DNA from: Halocafeteria seosinensis
Lineage: Eukaryota
NCBI GenBank assembly: GCA_001687465.1
Contig: LVLI01000670.1
Coordinates: 1-46,701 of the forward strand
Direction of reading: 5' to 3'
DNA length: 46,701 bases
The notes under the pieces are model-generated. The model was given only the letters and a program-made list of their open reading frames with translations, did not search any database and was not told where the DNA came from. The translations under genes were made by a program, and so were the position numbers. Position 1 is the stretch's first letter; every line of letters begins with the position of its first letter. Below are positions 9,619 to 24,359 of the stretch, one piece after another.

Positions 9619-12600
9619 ATGGAGAAAAAGAAGTCATCCAAGACTCTTAATAGCCCGGTACATGATGCTGAGACGCATTTTGGAGGCGCTAAAGAAGCGT
9701 CTCCTTATATGAAAGACAATGACTGTAAGTGCCGAGTGAGGAAGGCCTTCCGGTTACACTGGAACTTTATGTTTCACCCTATGTGCCCTCCAGTTGTTTC
9801 CACTTCTATACGAAATCGCTCCTATCATAGTCTCAAATATCCACCCGAAGAAGAGACGGAATCGTCTGAGGAATCTAGCCAGGAGGGAGACGAAAACGAA
9901 GATGACAAAGATGCTCAACAGATTATGGGTTCCCCCCTCATGAAGAGTTTTACAGAGGTGAGAATGGAAGAGGAGGGAAATGCTTCCCCAGAACCGAGTC
10001 CCGAAGCATCAACGGTAGTGCGAAGCGAGCCTAGAATTATGAAGCGAGGACACATTAGAGGAGTACCGGATCCTGTGGATGCAGCCGGAGAAGCACAATT
10101 ACTGTTGGCTGGCTCTCATTGGTTCATACGCTTTGCCGGTATGATCGTAGATAACAATCCTCTTGACGGAAACTTATTCGTTTATGGTTATACGGAATTA
10201 GACCCTCCACGGGCCCTTGACGATAGCAGGAAAATGATTCTCATAGAACTCCCAGGAACCAAGAACGGAGCAGTTGAGGACGACATGCCAAGTATTATCG
10301 ACGTCCCTCTATCAGAAGTTCGAACTGGAGCAGGGGAGCCAGTGGATTACAAACTAATTCAGAGTCTTGTGGTCTGTAAACCCATAATCCCAGCGAAAAA
10401 CAAGGATCCGAATCCAACAATGGTTTACGCTTCATGCAACCTATTAGAGGAACCGGTGAAGGTGCGTTGGCTGCAAACTTTCTCTTGTGCCATTATTTGC
10501 CTTGCGATTCTTTGCAATCTAGTGATGCAGGGACTCGACAGGGACAAGCAAGTGCAAGCTACAATTACCAAGGCTGTAAATACAATGGAAGAGTTTGATT
10601 CCACTTCAGTTGTGCCAGTAGCTTTGCTAGGGAGAAGTTATGATGAGCTCTCTGTGGTTGCTGCCAATCAGTTCGCTATGCTTGGCAAGAGCCCGAAATA
10701 CGACACGATCAGTTTTCCCGAGTATAAGCAAATCTTGAAGAACTTGTATGTCAAACACAGTGAGCCTCAGGCTTATAAATATTTTGTAGTGGTAAGTCAA
10801 GTTGAATTCCGAAGTTGACAAACACGTAATGGTGTGAACGATGGGGCTGCATTGCACTACAGGGTGACCTCAATCGGAACGGCATTATGGACTTTGAAGA
10901 GCTCCAATTTTCCCTCTACGTGATCTCCTTACTGAAACCTCCAAAGATCTTCACACCGCGTGACGTTTTCCTCTTGTTTGACTTAGACAGTAAAGATCCT
11001 CGGTTTGGAGACATTCCAGGGACAATTGATGTGGTGGAGTTATACGAAATCATGAAGGTCTTCAATCCCAACATTACACAAAATCAAGCGAAGGAGGAGG
11101 CCGACGTTCATCAGCGGGCACGCATAGACTACGACGAATTTATTGGGGCGTGGGCTCAAGGAGTTGATGCCCGAGACGAGCTAGAGAAACGGGGAATTGA
11201 TTCACGGCAAGTTGACAGCATGAGCGCAACAACAAGTCCTAAGCTACGGGAAGCCCTGATAAAGCGGGTCTACGTCGAAGATGAAGGGGCGGATAGAGAG
11301 TTAAAAGAAGCAATACAACGTGCGTTCATTGCTCGCCAGAAATCCCGGACCAATTATGAAGGGAAAAAGCGGGAAATTAAGTTCGAGAGAAGGAAACAAG
11401 ACAAACAGGCACGTAGGAAGCAGGCATTGGAAGAGAGGAACAAACGGATACAGGCTGCCGAGGAAGAACGAAAAAATAGAGAAAGCGAATTGAAGACTAT
11501 TGAGTTAAAAAGGAAGGCTCAAGCGGAACAGGATGAAAGGAAGCGTCAAGAAGGAGGAGTGGCCCAAGAGGCTTTAGCTCAACGATTGGAGGAAGAAAAG
11601 AAGAAAAGGGAGGAGCTAAAGTTGGACAATGTTGATTTATCGAACCAAAGACTTAATTTTTTGCCTGCAACTCTTTGGACAGACGCTCCTACGCTAGATA
11701 ACATGCGCCATGTCGTCCTAATGGATGCTAGCAAAAACTCTATCAAGAGGTTACCGGAGGACAAGCTATTTAGATATATGGAATCTGTGAAGAAACTTAA
11801 TATGTCTCGTAACCTATTGGAAGATTTACCAAGTGACATAGGAAAGATGAAGAACCTTCTTATGTTTAACGTAGAAAGCAACAAGTTGCGCAGCCTTCCC
11901 AGGTCGGTGGGTAATTTGTGTGCGCTGAAAGTCCTCGATATATCTGCGAACGCCCTGGAAGACCTCCCGACAACCATTGGCAATTTACATGAGCTCGAGA
12001 CGTTGAATGCGCATTCGAACAGCCTGACGTCGATTCCAATGGAAATCTATAACCTTCGGAAACTGACGATGCTGAATTTATCTGGCTCGCAATTGGATGA
12101 ATTGCCGGAAGGAATAGATCAATTGAAGCGCCTTAGGCGGTTGGATGTGAGTTGGAATCGCTTGCGGCATCTTCCGGAGACAATTGGAAAACTGAAATCA
12201 CTACTCGAATTTAAGGCCAACAGAAATCGGATGCGTACTTTACCATCGGGCTTATGCGGGTTGTCTAGAATTCGTACGATAGACTTGTCGTACAACTGGT
12301 TGGAATCCCTTCCGACAAAACTTGAAGGAATGGAAGCACTAATAAAGCTAGATCTCAGCAACAATCGCCTGAGGTCACTTCCTATTGGAATAGGAGACCT
12401 ATATGCTATCCAGGATTTGGATTTATCTCACAACAAACTGAAGCACCTTCCTGCAGACCTAGCGCGTTTGATTGATATGCAGGTTCTTGACCTCAGCCAC
12501 AACAAATTAGAAAACATTCCCAACGATTTTGGTGCTTGCGCGAGTCTAAGACAGGTCAACATGCGGTGCAATCGTTTGGGAAAGGACGGCAAACCAGCTC

Positions 12601-15600
12601 TGCCTAAGAGCATTGCTTCGCTTCAACAGCTTGAGTGGTTCGACTTCTCCCATAACCTGATCAAAGAAATTGTTCCTGAAGTCGCAGGCCTACGGTATCT
12701 GAAGTATGTGAACATGAGCAATAATCTACTTGAATTTTTACCGTCAGTGCTGGGATGTTGCATTGCACTCGAGGCTATTGATGCTTCAAACAACAAGATT
12801 TCGCTTATTCCGGTTGAAATTGGATATTTATCTAACCTCAAACACTTGGACTTGGCTTGTAACGTCATAAAGCAGATTCCTCATATAATTTGCACCATGG
12901 CCACTCTTCGACATCTTAATCTGTATAATAATCGTCTGGATCGACTTCCAGTGGAGATTTCGCCACTGTTCTTCCATCTGGAGACTCTTGATATCAGTAG
13001 AAATCCGCTTAGGGAACTGCCGCGGAAAAAAGTGACGGAATCTGTCGTAGGAGCTTCTGCTCTTGCGCTGCGTTTTTCGGAGGCAGATGACGAGGAGGAC
13101 ACTGATTTCTTGAACAGCCTCAGACACAAGACGAAGGAACATGAGAGAATGAAGAAGCGCCAAGAGTACTATCGACGCGTCGACACACTTCATTACCACC
13201 GGGTAAGCATGCAATGCGAAGATACACGTGCAGAGCAATGGTTACGAGAGGGGATCAATGGCGATTTACTGCAAACGCAAGTTAACAAAGTTTGGGAGCC
13301 AGTGGAGGACAGAGAAGAGTACCACAGCCGCGCTAATGAAAGCCAGGTTTTCCAATCTACGAAAGCTGAAAACAGTTCAAAGACATCAACTTCACCTCCG
13401 CACCACACGGACATAGAAGGATCGGTCTTCACGGCAATTCCAAGTCACTTCGGCTCCGTTGAGAGCGACATCGATTTCAAGGATATTGAAACTGACCAAG
13501 GTGCCGTGCATCACTCGCAAGGCAGTTCTATGCCGTATTCAGTGGAGAAGCAAGGCACAATTGAAGATAGCGCAAGCCTTCCCATAACTATAGATGCGTG
13601 GTTTGCTCGAAAAGCTGCAAAAGAGAAGCAAAAAGCACAAGAAGTGAATCATTCTTCGGCGGAGTTTAAGAACGAAAGTGAAGTGCTCGCCCCTTCGGTA
13701 GAACCGCCGATACCTCAGAAGTGGATGGAGCCCATGTTTGGGGACACCAAGGAACAGAAGAACGACATTTATCCTAGTAAAGTGGCATGGGAAAGACAGC
13801 AGCTTCAGCATCTGAATCAAATGGGATCTTTGACGCAGACGAACATGTCGAAACGCACTGGCATTAAACCAAATCGACCCTTTACTAGTTTAGGACAGCC
13901 AGATGCCACGGACGTAGAAGTAACAGATATGGAAGGCGATATGTTCAGTGATCCCGGTACGAAAGATGTCGATCAGACGACATCGCCGAAACAAACTTCT
14001 GAAGAAGAGCAAAGTCAAAGGACCGAACCGTCTCCAAACAACGAAAACAGAGAAAGTGACTCGACAAGTTTCAATCGTCCCCTGGCGATACAGAACAAAA
14101 GCAAGACGTCCGCAAATCTAAAAAGAGTTTCAAGTCAGCAGCAGAATGTATCAAAGGCGAGTCGGAGCAAGAGCTCCTATAGTCTCCAGAAGGGGAAAAT
14201 GCTTCCAAGCACCCAGTCTTTCCAGGTTACCCGACTACAGCATTCAGATTCAATTATGCAACGACGCGAAGAGCAGGCACGACTAGCAGAAGAGCGACGG
14301 GAACGGGAAATTCAATCAGAATACGAGAAGCGACTCCAAGAGGACGCACTTGCTAAAGCTCAATGTCTATATGGTATCTCCCAAAAGTTGGGTGAGCAAC
14401 CCTACGGAAAACCGCGGCGACAGAGAGGGACTTCTAACCGGCGTTTGCACGGGATGGCAGCCGATGCAAGAAGGCACAAAAGATTTTTCGGTGATTGCAC
14501 TTACACAAACGGCAGCTTCGTTACTCCCTCCCGCTTCAACTTGAAAGGACACTATATGTACGATAGCATACATGCCTCGACCAGCAAGGGTACAAAACAC
14601 AGATATATGAAGGGTACAGGTAACAGGTTGGATTGGTTCTCAGTGGGATCTTGGGAAGTTGGTAGGACGGTTTCGCGGTTCGAAGGACACTCTGGAAAAC
14701 CTCTGCTTGTAAGTGCGCTGCCGAAAACCCATGGCATTCGGTACAACTTGAAAAAGTATGAGTCCTTTGAGGACCCCGAAACCGTCAATGATCACTTGGT
14801 GCCCGACCCTACAAGCACTCACCAGCAACCAGTCACCAGCGAATCAAAGTCAGCAAACGATAAGTCACCGCCTGCGGCAAAATCGAAGAAACCGTCGGTT
14901 AAGTTTGTGGATGAGAAGAGCGAAAACGAAGGCAAATTTCTCCCACGTAAGGCAAGTGGGAACACGAGACGGGGCAGGTTTAACTGGAAAAACTTTGAGA
15001 CTAACTATCAACTGATGTCTCAGAAAGAGCCTCAGATGGCTAAGCGGACATCTTCATTCCGTAGCACAATTTCAGATCTGGAGGAGGAGAGTGATGATGA
15101 CTCTGTGGACTCCTCTGAATCGCTTGATGCAGAACTAGAACGATATTACGATAACATACTGAAACTGGGAACGGATGAGTCCGATCTTGAGACCGAGGTG
15201 CGCGTGTTGTTGCTAGATCCTAACCTGGGACCCGAGTTATCGGAGGACAATGTTCGGGAGATGCTGCATGTACGAAGAAACTACATCCGCAAGGATGGAA
15301 TGCTTCAGGATATCTACCCCAGGGCTTGGGCACCTGTAGACTATGAATCAGGTTCTCCAGCAGAAATGAAGCAGTTAAAACAGTTCCAACAGGCACTAAA
15401 CGATAAAAAAGTACGGACTGTCCATATGAATAAGAAAGAGCTAAAAGCGGTGTATCGTGAAGAGCAAACCAGGTTGCTACAAAGGCAAGAGAAAGAAGAG
15501 ACGAATAGACAGAGAACAGCAACAGCCAACAAGAAAAGGGAACAAACTGTAGCGCAGCTCGCATCCAGCATGAGTAACCGCAGAGACGGAGACACTCGGG

Positions 15601-17511
15601 GAACATTTTCAACAGACACATTAGAGGCCCTTGGTTTGCGAAAGGATGACAAGAGCTACCACGAACGGACAGCTGTCTATCCTACATTTGATATATGGGG
15701 CAGGGAGGTTGCCAAACTGCGAGCTCCAGCTGTTGGCACCAACGGCATACCACAATTCCGCCAAGGTCTGACCAAGGGCTTGTGGGAAGGAAACCCACAC
15801 AGAGCACCACAGAGAAAACCGGGCACGCTTGGATTCAAGGAAGACGAAGATATGAACAATGGCGTCATAGACACATCCAAGAATATTGCATCAGAAAGTG
15901 GTAAAGAAAAGGATGGTATTCCAGAGAAAGTGCGCATACAACTTGAACAACCACCTGCGGACATTGCAGCCTCGCTGTTACAGAAACCGATGACTCTAGA
16001 AGAACAACGACGAAATCTAGCGGAGGATCACAACGAGAAATGGACCGGCAAGACAAGATTTATCCTTCAGAATTATTCAAGAGGATATACAAGTGGTGAG
16101 ACTGCTGAACTGTTAAGACTGTATTCAACGTTCTGGCGCGCGGCAATCGCCGAATGGGGAGCCAGTGGCGGATCACACATGGATGCAAGGCTATCTGTTG
16201 AGGACTTCGTGACAGGGGTACGTCGCAGAGTCGGAAATGAAATATGGAGTCCCGTGTATGAGCCTATCGTCAAAGCTTTCTATAAAGAGACAAAACTCAA
16301 TGGTGGCGTTCCTGCCCACTTTGATCCGCTGACACCTGAGGAAGATGAAATTCGTAAACAACGGGTAAAGAAAGGCCAGCAAGTGCAATACGAGCACACA
16401 GATCGTATACTAGCATACGTTAAGGATGTGCAATCACGACTTCATTTGAGCTATAAAATTGAGGCATTTGATACTCGCGCTCTATATGAGGCCCAAGAGG
16501 CTTTTGCCAAAAGGCGTTCTGCGGAACGGCATAAAGAGTGGCTACAAGCTATTAGGGAGCAATCGGATGAAGCAATGAAACGGCAGCTAAAGAACGAAGT
16601 CCAGCTCTTCAAAGAGAAGCAAATTCAGTAAGTAAAGACAAAGTAGTTGTTTGCCAATATTAAGTATATGATGACTTCTTGCTGCAGGACGCGCATGGAA
16701 AACGAGGCGTTGCGTGATGAGGTGGACAGAAGAACGTAAGTCATGTCTTGAAGGTGACATATCAACGCTCTTTTGAAGCTTTTAAAATGTGCAATACAGG
16801 CAACGTATGGCTTTGAGGAGACGGGAAAAGAGATTGGTTGCCCAGGGTAGTTTAAGCAGGCCCCAGTCGTCAATCACTTCCGAGATTCCTGAAATGCAGC
16901 CCTCTGCAAGAGGAACCGCAGGATCACGCACTGTTAACACTCCTGCGACTACTGCAAGCAAAGATGCTCCCACTACTGCAGGAGAGGTTGATGACGGAAA
17001 CGCAGCTGATATGCAACGCGACGAAGGGGCAGAAAGCCTTGGCGGTTATTATGAGGATACGGAGACAACTATTCCTGACAGGACCGTGGCCAGTCCTACT
17101 GCCCCAACCAAGCGTCTCGTGGAAGCGGAAGCGTCTGCAAAGCTCTTTACCGTGGGAGGCGATAATTTCGTTGATGAGAGTAAACTAGACCAGTCGTTCA
17201 TTGTAGACACCATAGACACAAATCTCACTGAGCCTAGTCGGGAAACTCGAAATGATGAAGAGTGGAAGCGCCCGAGTACAGCCGCGGACGACGACTTTGG
17301 GAAATGGGCACGGACTTTCATAAGTGAAGAGGAGCTTGACAAATTGTTAGCATCTGCTCATCCGTCAGTCAAAGCTTGGACAGTGGATCCCTTCCCGGCC
17401 TTTCTAACGAAGTCCGTCAAAGACCACCAAGCTTACTCTAAAGCACAGCTGAAAAAACTGAAATCTAGACGCCGTGCTGGATTACAGGATGCTAGTCAAC
17501 AGATTCAATAA
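9619..17511 (+). CDS. Large (about 2500 aa) EF-hand + coiled-coil + LRR protein (introns 9725-9793, 10462-10530, 10792-10862, 16628-16687, 16736-16799)
   Basis: Three long ORFs join in frame through GT-AG introns. EF-hand DLNRNGIMDFEEL is restored by the exon starting at 10863. Roughly 20 LxxLxLxxNxL repeats lie at about 11620-13020. True start uncertain. Confidence 0.8.
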
Positions 17512-17617
17512 ACGCGTGCAATGTACATTCAGATGGCACTACGGGAATTTCCATCCCGAGCAGCGGAGCCACTCCACCACCTTTCGAATGACATCATAAA
17601 TTTGCACAATTTCCATT

Positions 17618-19195
17618 CTAAAAATCAATGCTAACATCGTAGACGTCATTGTATCCTTGGTGCCGGAGCACGTTCATGATACCGTTTTTATCCCGAGTGT
17701 TGAGCCAAGGATGCTTCTTGGCTTTGACCATCTGTTCTGACCCATCCGAGTGTATCAGGAGCACGCAAAAACAGGGAGAGTTGTCTAAAATGTTTTGAGT
17801 AATGAGATGCCAGCTATTCTGGATCACTGCCTCGTAGTCTTCATACAAATCGATTGCTGCTGAAACGTCTGCATAGTAGTCAACGAAACTTTCCAATGAC
17901 ACCGAACCACTTCCCTGCGTCAGTTCCCAGAAAACAAACCATAGACCGATAAAGTTACACTATTACACGTCACTCAAAGTAGCAAACATACATCTTGCTT
18001 TCTGAAGTGTTTCCACTCACTGTCGAATCTCCTCTTTGCTACTTCCGCAGATATATTCCCCAACATTACATCGCGATCCCCACGGGGGTCAAAACAGTCG
18101 CACAACCTTCCAACCGGGATAAATTGGCCATCGTCACTCAGCGACTTAAAAGCCTGCTCTGTCAACTCTCGTCGCTCTTTGCTCATCTCCCCTTTGAGAC
18201 CATTGTAGAAAACACTGATATCTACCAATCCGGACTCATCCTTTGCCAAATATTGTGCAAGTTCCTTGAATTCATCAACGCTGAAAGTTATTCCACAGTC
18301 TCTTAGAACCTGGGAAAAAGCTTCCCGGCTTACAAAGCAGGGTTCATTGCAAGCGAGTTCCCCGTTAGCCATCATCTTTAATGATTTCCCTACCATGCGG
18401 ATGGCATAGGCCCCTCCAGCGATTAAAAGCTTTTCCCTGAAGATATTGGAAAGCGGGGAAACAACTATGAAACACTCCTAGGCTTTTGCCTTGAATTATC
18501 TCCTCACTTACCGGAAAAACTCAAAACTCTTTGGTGTTCCAGGAAGCACGCGGGTCGATGTCTTCTTCAGATGGTTTGGAGCGGCGTCATTTAAGCTCCA
18601 GCTTTGGGAGCTCACAAAACGGTATGCACTATTTTGGTTATTATCACGAATCCATCTTTGAGAGTAAGAGTTCAACTCGTTTTCCTCAATCTGCTTCGCT
18701 GGCTTCAACGCTGCAGAGGAAGTCAAGCTCAAAATATTAGTCCCGAGCGCTTGCCTAGTCGAGTTCTCAAGCTGTTGCATGGGACTCTCATGCGATATCT
18801 GGGTGACGGATTTCCACGAAGATTCGTCCAGCCGTTTATCCGGAGAAATTAAATTGTCGTAGTTGAATTGCGTTTCCTTCACATCTTCCATATGAGCTTT
18901 TAAGGCAGCTCCATAGTAAGGATCAGATTTATGCAAGGCTGTAACAGAACCAAAGAGTAAATACTTCCACTTCAATAGCTGCCCTTAGTTATGCAAAATA
19001 CAAAAGGCCAAAGGTTCGCTTACCTTGTTGGTTCCTAGCTTCATATTCTGTGGTGGAACCGTGATAAGCTCCCGGGAACCTGGGATCCATTCGATCCTCG
19101 AACCAGTTCGAGTATAATGTCTTGGAGCCGTACGACCGCTGACCACCACGCAGGGTGTTCGGCCCTTGCGCACGAAATCCAGATCCACTCTTCAT
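17618..19195 (-). CDS. Calcyphosin-like EF-hand protein with N-terminal NWE-like motif (introns 18939-19023, 18437-18511, 17915-17991)
   Basis: Spliced REKLLIAGGAYAIRMVGKSLKMM, GEMSKERRELTEQAF and GSVSLESFVDYYADVSAAID...NSW match the calcyphosin family pattern. All four exons stay in frame. Confidence 0.75.
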
Positions 19196-20609
19196 CGTGA
19201 TCCCGACTGAATTTGCCCACTACAGCACGAAATGAATAAATCGCCCTCAACGGCTATTCCAGGCAAGGACGAGTTCGCTACCGCGCGTCCTTTACCCTTT
19301 TACGCAGCCAAATGGACCCCCAATACCGCACGATGCACAAGGCGGGAGGCAATCCTATGACATGGACGACTTTTACCTCTCATCAACATCCACAGTATCG
19401 TGTGGTAAAGGCCCGGCACTGAAGCGCGCCAAAACGAGTTTGTGAAGGTCGCATTTCGGCTAATTTGGATCATCAATTTGGATGACTCTGTTACGTTGTG
19501 CAGAAGCCAACAAGTAGCATCACAAAGTCAATATGTGCTGAGACTATAGGTAGTTTGTTTTTCGCTGGGTGTAGCTGGTGATGGATTGAGGAGCATGGAC
19601 GCCTTGTAGCACAACTTCGAAGTTGCGAGTTGGCATTGCAGCTTGGCAACTGACCCGACACTACGATAAGATGAAGATAGATACGATATAACTGGTTGTA
19701 CTATATTGCGAAAACAATTATTCGGCAGAACCAAACACTTGCCTAGGGTTACCACGAAATGGAAGGTATCGAGTGGGACGACGTCCTGTAGCCTTTTTGC
19801 TTCACTGGCTTACCATGAGAAGTTCAGTGAGAACTCCTTTACTCTCAGAGATCCGATTCGCCACAATGAAGCAAAGTACCCCGGAAATTCTAACATCGAG
19901 ACTTGTGCGACTGACTTCCACTTCCTCATTTGTCCTCCAGCGGAACAGAGGAACACTGTGGTCCTTCGCTGATCAAAGGGAAGAGGATCGTGGAGCTGTT
20001 CAATGCATGTTCCACGACAGTACATCTTGATATGAGACACATGAAAATTATGTATTCCTTTACACGCATTTCCATGACTTCACATTGGGGGAAACGCAGC
20101 ATCTGCTTACTCTGAGTCACGGATGGGAGATGCGAGGCCTTTAGTGGATACCCTCGCTCGGCGAGCAAGGCTAAGTGAAATACGCTGACATGGGTTCGCA
20201 TGGGATAGTCAGGGACATGCATGTCTGGAAGGAGCTGAAAGGAAATGAATGACAACACTCCCGAGCGTGAATGGAATTGGCCAACTTTGCGACTTCCATC
20301 CTAAGTGGTGCGACGCGGAAGAAAGACGGTTGCGATTTGTTGATTCAACGTGCTGAGATTAATTCCCAATACAGACGTCGTTAAAGTGTCCAAGAGCGTG
20401 GATTGTACACTATGGAACCTTTATCGCATGGTGTTCCCTTTGAATGTCCGTACTATTGTGCCCAAAGCACCGGGAAATACCGCATTGAAGACCTCGGGCG
20501 AGGTTCTACGTGGAGTATTTTATCGCGTTACATCCTTCATATAAGGCCCATAAAGTCTTATTTTCCTCATATATACCATTAGCGCTATCATGGGGACGAA
20601 TACGAGATA

Positions 20610-23600
20610 ATGTCGAGTGAAATCACCAGCGCAAATCGCCACATGACCACGGTGGCAAGTAGTCAGGCAGGGAGCACGGCTAAACGTGTGCACCCTGCTC
20701 ATTCAGATAGCTTTATATGTGACGTTTTACAGGAAATTTGGCAAACTAATGGTAAGTTACCACCTTGGTTAAGGGATCCAGGGATCCTCCAATAGATCCG
20801 TTGAGTTCAACATGTGCTCCTATGAGGAATCCAGATCGACGAGTTGTTACGGGACTATTAGCCGAAAATCTCAAACGTGCTCGAGACAAAAGGGAGCCGA
20901 AAAATGTGGCGTTTGTCCAATACATACTTGCAGCGTTATACCAGCAGTACGTCTTTGTTTCGCCGAGGAAATGAACTTTGGGCCTGGCGTTAGTTTTGAG
21001 GAATATCTCTTTGCAGTTGGAATAAACTGGAACGCGCTGAATACCATCTCCGAGAAGGATTCAGTGAAGCTACGGTGGGGAAATGGGTGGCAAGCCGTTA
21101 TAAGAAACAGTTCAATATCACCCGCTGTGTTCGTAGATTGAAGAGTGCAATGTCGACGTTTGTGGAGCACCAGCAATTTCCGTATACGTCTTGGAGGCGT
21201 ACGAACGTGAGAGATTCGACTCTTCAACAGTATCTCCTTGATGTAGATGAGGAAGACAATACTGGTCCCTTTGTGCTCGTGCATTCACCGGTAGTGATAC
21301 TAGCGCACGAATGCGCTGTATTCTTGTTGCAGCACCGAGCAGGGGAAGCTCTACATGTGGGAACGTTGGCTCTGGAAATGATCCGACGGTCGACAATCAA
21401 GGAACAGAAGCACAACGACAGCATTGAGGAACGAATGACGCTTGATCACGTAGCGAGTGCTTTTGTCACAACGTGTCTATTTTTGAACTGCTCTATCGCG
21501 TATATACGGTTAAACTTGTTCAGCTGTGCACTGGAGGCGTTGAAGGGCGCCGAGTACCTTGCTTCCTTACTTCCCGACCATGTATCTGACGGGAGCAGCG
21601 TCCTTACAAATCTTGAAGAGAAATCACAGGAGATTGTGGATCAGCTCGACCACAAACATAAGCACCACTCGAGCACTTCGTCTTCGAGTTTGCCCGGTTT
21701 CAACAAAGAATCTTATTCCGATGCTATGAAACTTTATCAGACTTCCTTGAAGCCCAGAAAATCCAACGGAACAACCAGTCGGAAACTCAAGACAAGTCGG
21801 ATACAGGATATGAATGCAATCTCTAATATTCGACCTCTTCAATTTTGGTTTACGTCAGTACGATTCCTGGTTGACGATGAGACGTGGTTTACATTAGTGC
21901 GTATTCCAGCAGTATCACAGACGTACAGCGGAGGTCACTCAGTAAGCGACGTTTTGCAAGATGCGAGGAAAGCCGCCACCTCGTCGAAGAAACACCAGCA
22001 TGGAGAGCATTTGGATGGGGTATCTTCTTGGGCTTCCATGAATGCTCTTGGGCTTCATGAATCTGGCGACGGCTCTCTGCCTCACAATTTGCATAGAAAT
22101 TTACCTATGGGAATCACTGCGGAATTATCTCAAGCAGTATCAAGTGATAATTATATTCCTCCCAGAAAACAGCATCCTGGGAGGAAGGTACGCCGTGGAA
22201 GGAAAAGCGGGACCCGGCAATCGTACGGTCACCAAAAAAAGCCCACAAAGGGAAACGGTTTGTTAGGAAGACAACTATCGTCATCGATAGACAGCACAGA
22301 TCAATATTCTAGAGCAACAGAAAAAATGATGTCAACATCCATGGATGAAACGGCGTTTAATGGGAAAGACTCGCCTTCTTCTGGGCCATCTTCGGTTTCT
22401 TCATCTCGTGCCCATTCACCGACGGAAGATAACACCGCTCCAAGCGCCGGCAGATCAATAGATAGTCTGGCTGAGACAGAGCTGATTGAAGAGTATGGCG
22501 AGGAATTGGTTGAGGTAATAAGCGAATTTCAGAATCTGTACAGGAGCAAACGTCAACACTATCCTATATTCGGCTTTCAAAGCTTGCAATATATCCTACG
22601 TATGTTGCCACAAGGGGTGCTGTGTCAGTATGAGGACTATGAAGCGGGGATCGTATATAAGGCCACAGCGCACCATCGCATCATTCCAATCAGACGAGTT
22701 GGTACGGAGCCAATGTACAGCATCAGGAGCTACTTAGACGCAGTGAGTGTAGAGGAAAATGAGATGAACCAACGCTGCATACCAATTGTGTCTCCGAGGG
22801 GCCCGTTCCCTTGCATTCGCAACTCGGCACCTTTGACGATGGTAACGACTATGGCAGCCATGCGCCGTTACCGCATATTGTTTTACGGTAAACAGGTAAG
22901 TAGAACGCCTTGCTTGCCAAGGCGCTTTTGATGATACTCACATTTGAGCTCGAGCGTGCAGCGGCAAGTTTTCCACGAAGTTGCAACAAAGTTACAGTCT
23001 TGGTATCGGTCGCTGAAGCGCAAGTCAAGAGCCCAAGTAAGGAGCGAGGATAAATTTCAGCAGCTGAACGATGACAACCTTCCTCAAGGCGAATTTTTCC
23101 GGGGAGCAAAGTAAGTTCGATGTCCGTTAATAACCGTACAAGGCAACCCAAATTTCAGTTTTACATTGATCCTTTGTCAGAGAACTCGATCAAGGGCAAA
23201 TCTTGCAGCTAGTGTTTTCGGTATCCCACAAGATATCTGTGGAAAGCTCTCGTACTGGGACCTCGACAGGATCAATGAATGGATGCCTTCTGCCTTGCTT
23301 CGCGGTAGAATTTATTGGCCTAGCGGAGACATCCTACGAAGTTACGAACTTGTCCTTGAAGCATCTTCGGGAGGGGCGCTTTCCCATTGAAGGGGTGGAT
23401 ACATGCCCTGAGACTGTGGCAGCTATCTCCCATGGAGAGTTTCTTGAGTCAACCAAGCCGGTTTCTTTTGCTTCGGTATTGCAAGAAGCGTCGGAAAAGT
23501 ACTACGTTTTGGCTGAGCGGGCACTTGAAGAGTCAAACGATAGTCCTTCTCAACCCTCGACGTCCCCAGAATCTCATGGAGTAGTCGCGTCGCGCAAGAA

Positions 23601-24036
23601 ATTTGAGGCAACGAACAACGATGGTTTGCCTAATGGAGATGAGGCCGATAGCTCGGCTGCCGATTCCGATGTTGATGAGGAAGGCTCTTCCACACCCACG
23701 ATGAGCGCCCATGATGAGAACACTGATGTGCGTCATTCCACGATTGATACTAACCAACTTCCGGGGGTTGAAACGCGTAACTCTCTAACAAAGACAGGCC
23801 ATCTTAATGGCCACAATGGTAATTGTGCAACCGCTGCTGATGGTCAAGAATCATCCTCTGGCGAAGCAAAGGAAGCTTCGAAGCGAGACCACAATTCCGA
23901 TAGGTCTCCCTTTTCTGGGATGGTCAGTCCTGAACGAGACTCAACCAACATTTCCCCTGAAAAATATGGAAATATGTCGAACTCGGAAGATGCTGAGATG
24001 AGTGCTTTGTCTTCCTCAGGGCAAAGCGCCATTTGA
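20610..24036 (+). CDS. Hypothetical protein with an IQ-like motif and a helical, possibly TPR-like N-terminal region
   Basis: ORFs join through introns 20947-21016, 22896-22961 and 23111-23180. The small exon 22962-23110 encodes VATKLQSWYRSLKRK (IQ-like). The 5' structure (possible introns 20655-20732 GC-AG and 20752-20795) is uncertain. Confidence 0.6.
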
Positions 24037-24359
24037 AGATTCAGCAAAATGTTCTCTGTATAGGTTCACTTACTTTCAGAGTTAAGTGAGTAACGCAGCC
24101 ATTTTATCGGGCAACGCAGTACCTTTTGTGGTGGAACTCGTGTCGTATTTTGCATGATATCCGCCCTACTGGTACTTAGCCGCCTTATTTGCTCCATAGC
24201 GATACTCTCACGTTGTGGGGTCCATCTCCCTTGTACAGCATACAAATATTAACACGTGCGTTGCAATATACTTCCTGATTAGTTCCGCAATATGGTCCTA
24301 TTCGCTCTATTTGTGTCATACAAGCCGTTTTATCATAAATGATTTCTTCTTCTTTCTTC

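Noticed and set aside
19500..20550. Short ORFs in the gap between the calcyphosin-like and IQ-motif genes
   Set aside because: No recognisable motif or consistent exon chain; a gene or relic cannot be supported by eye.
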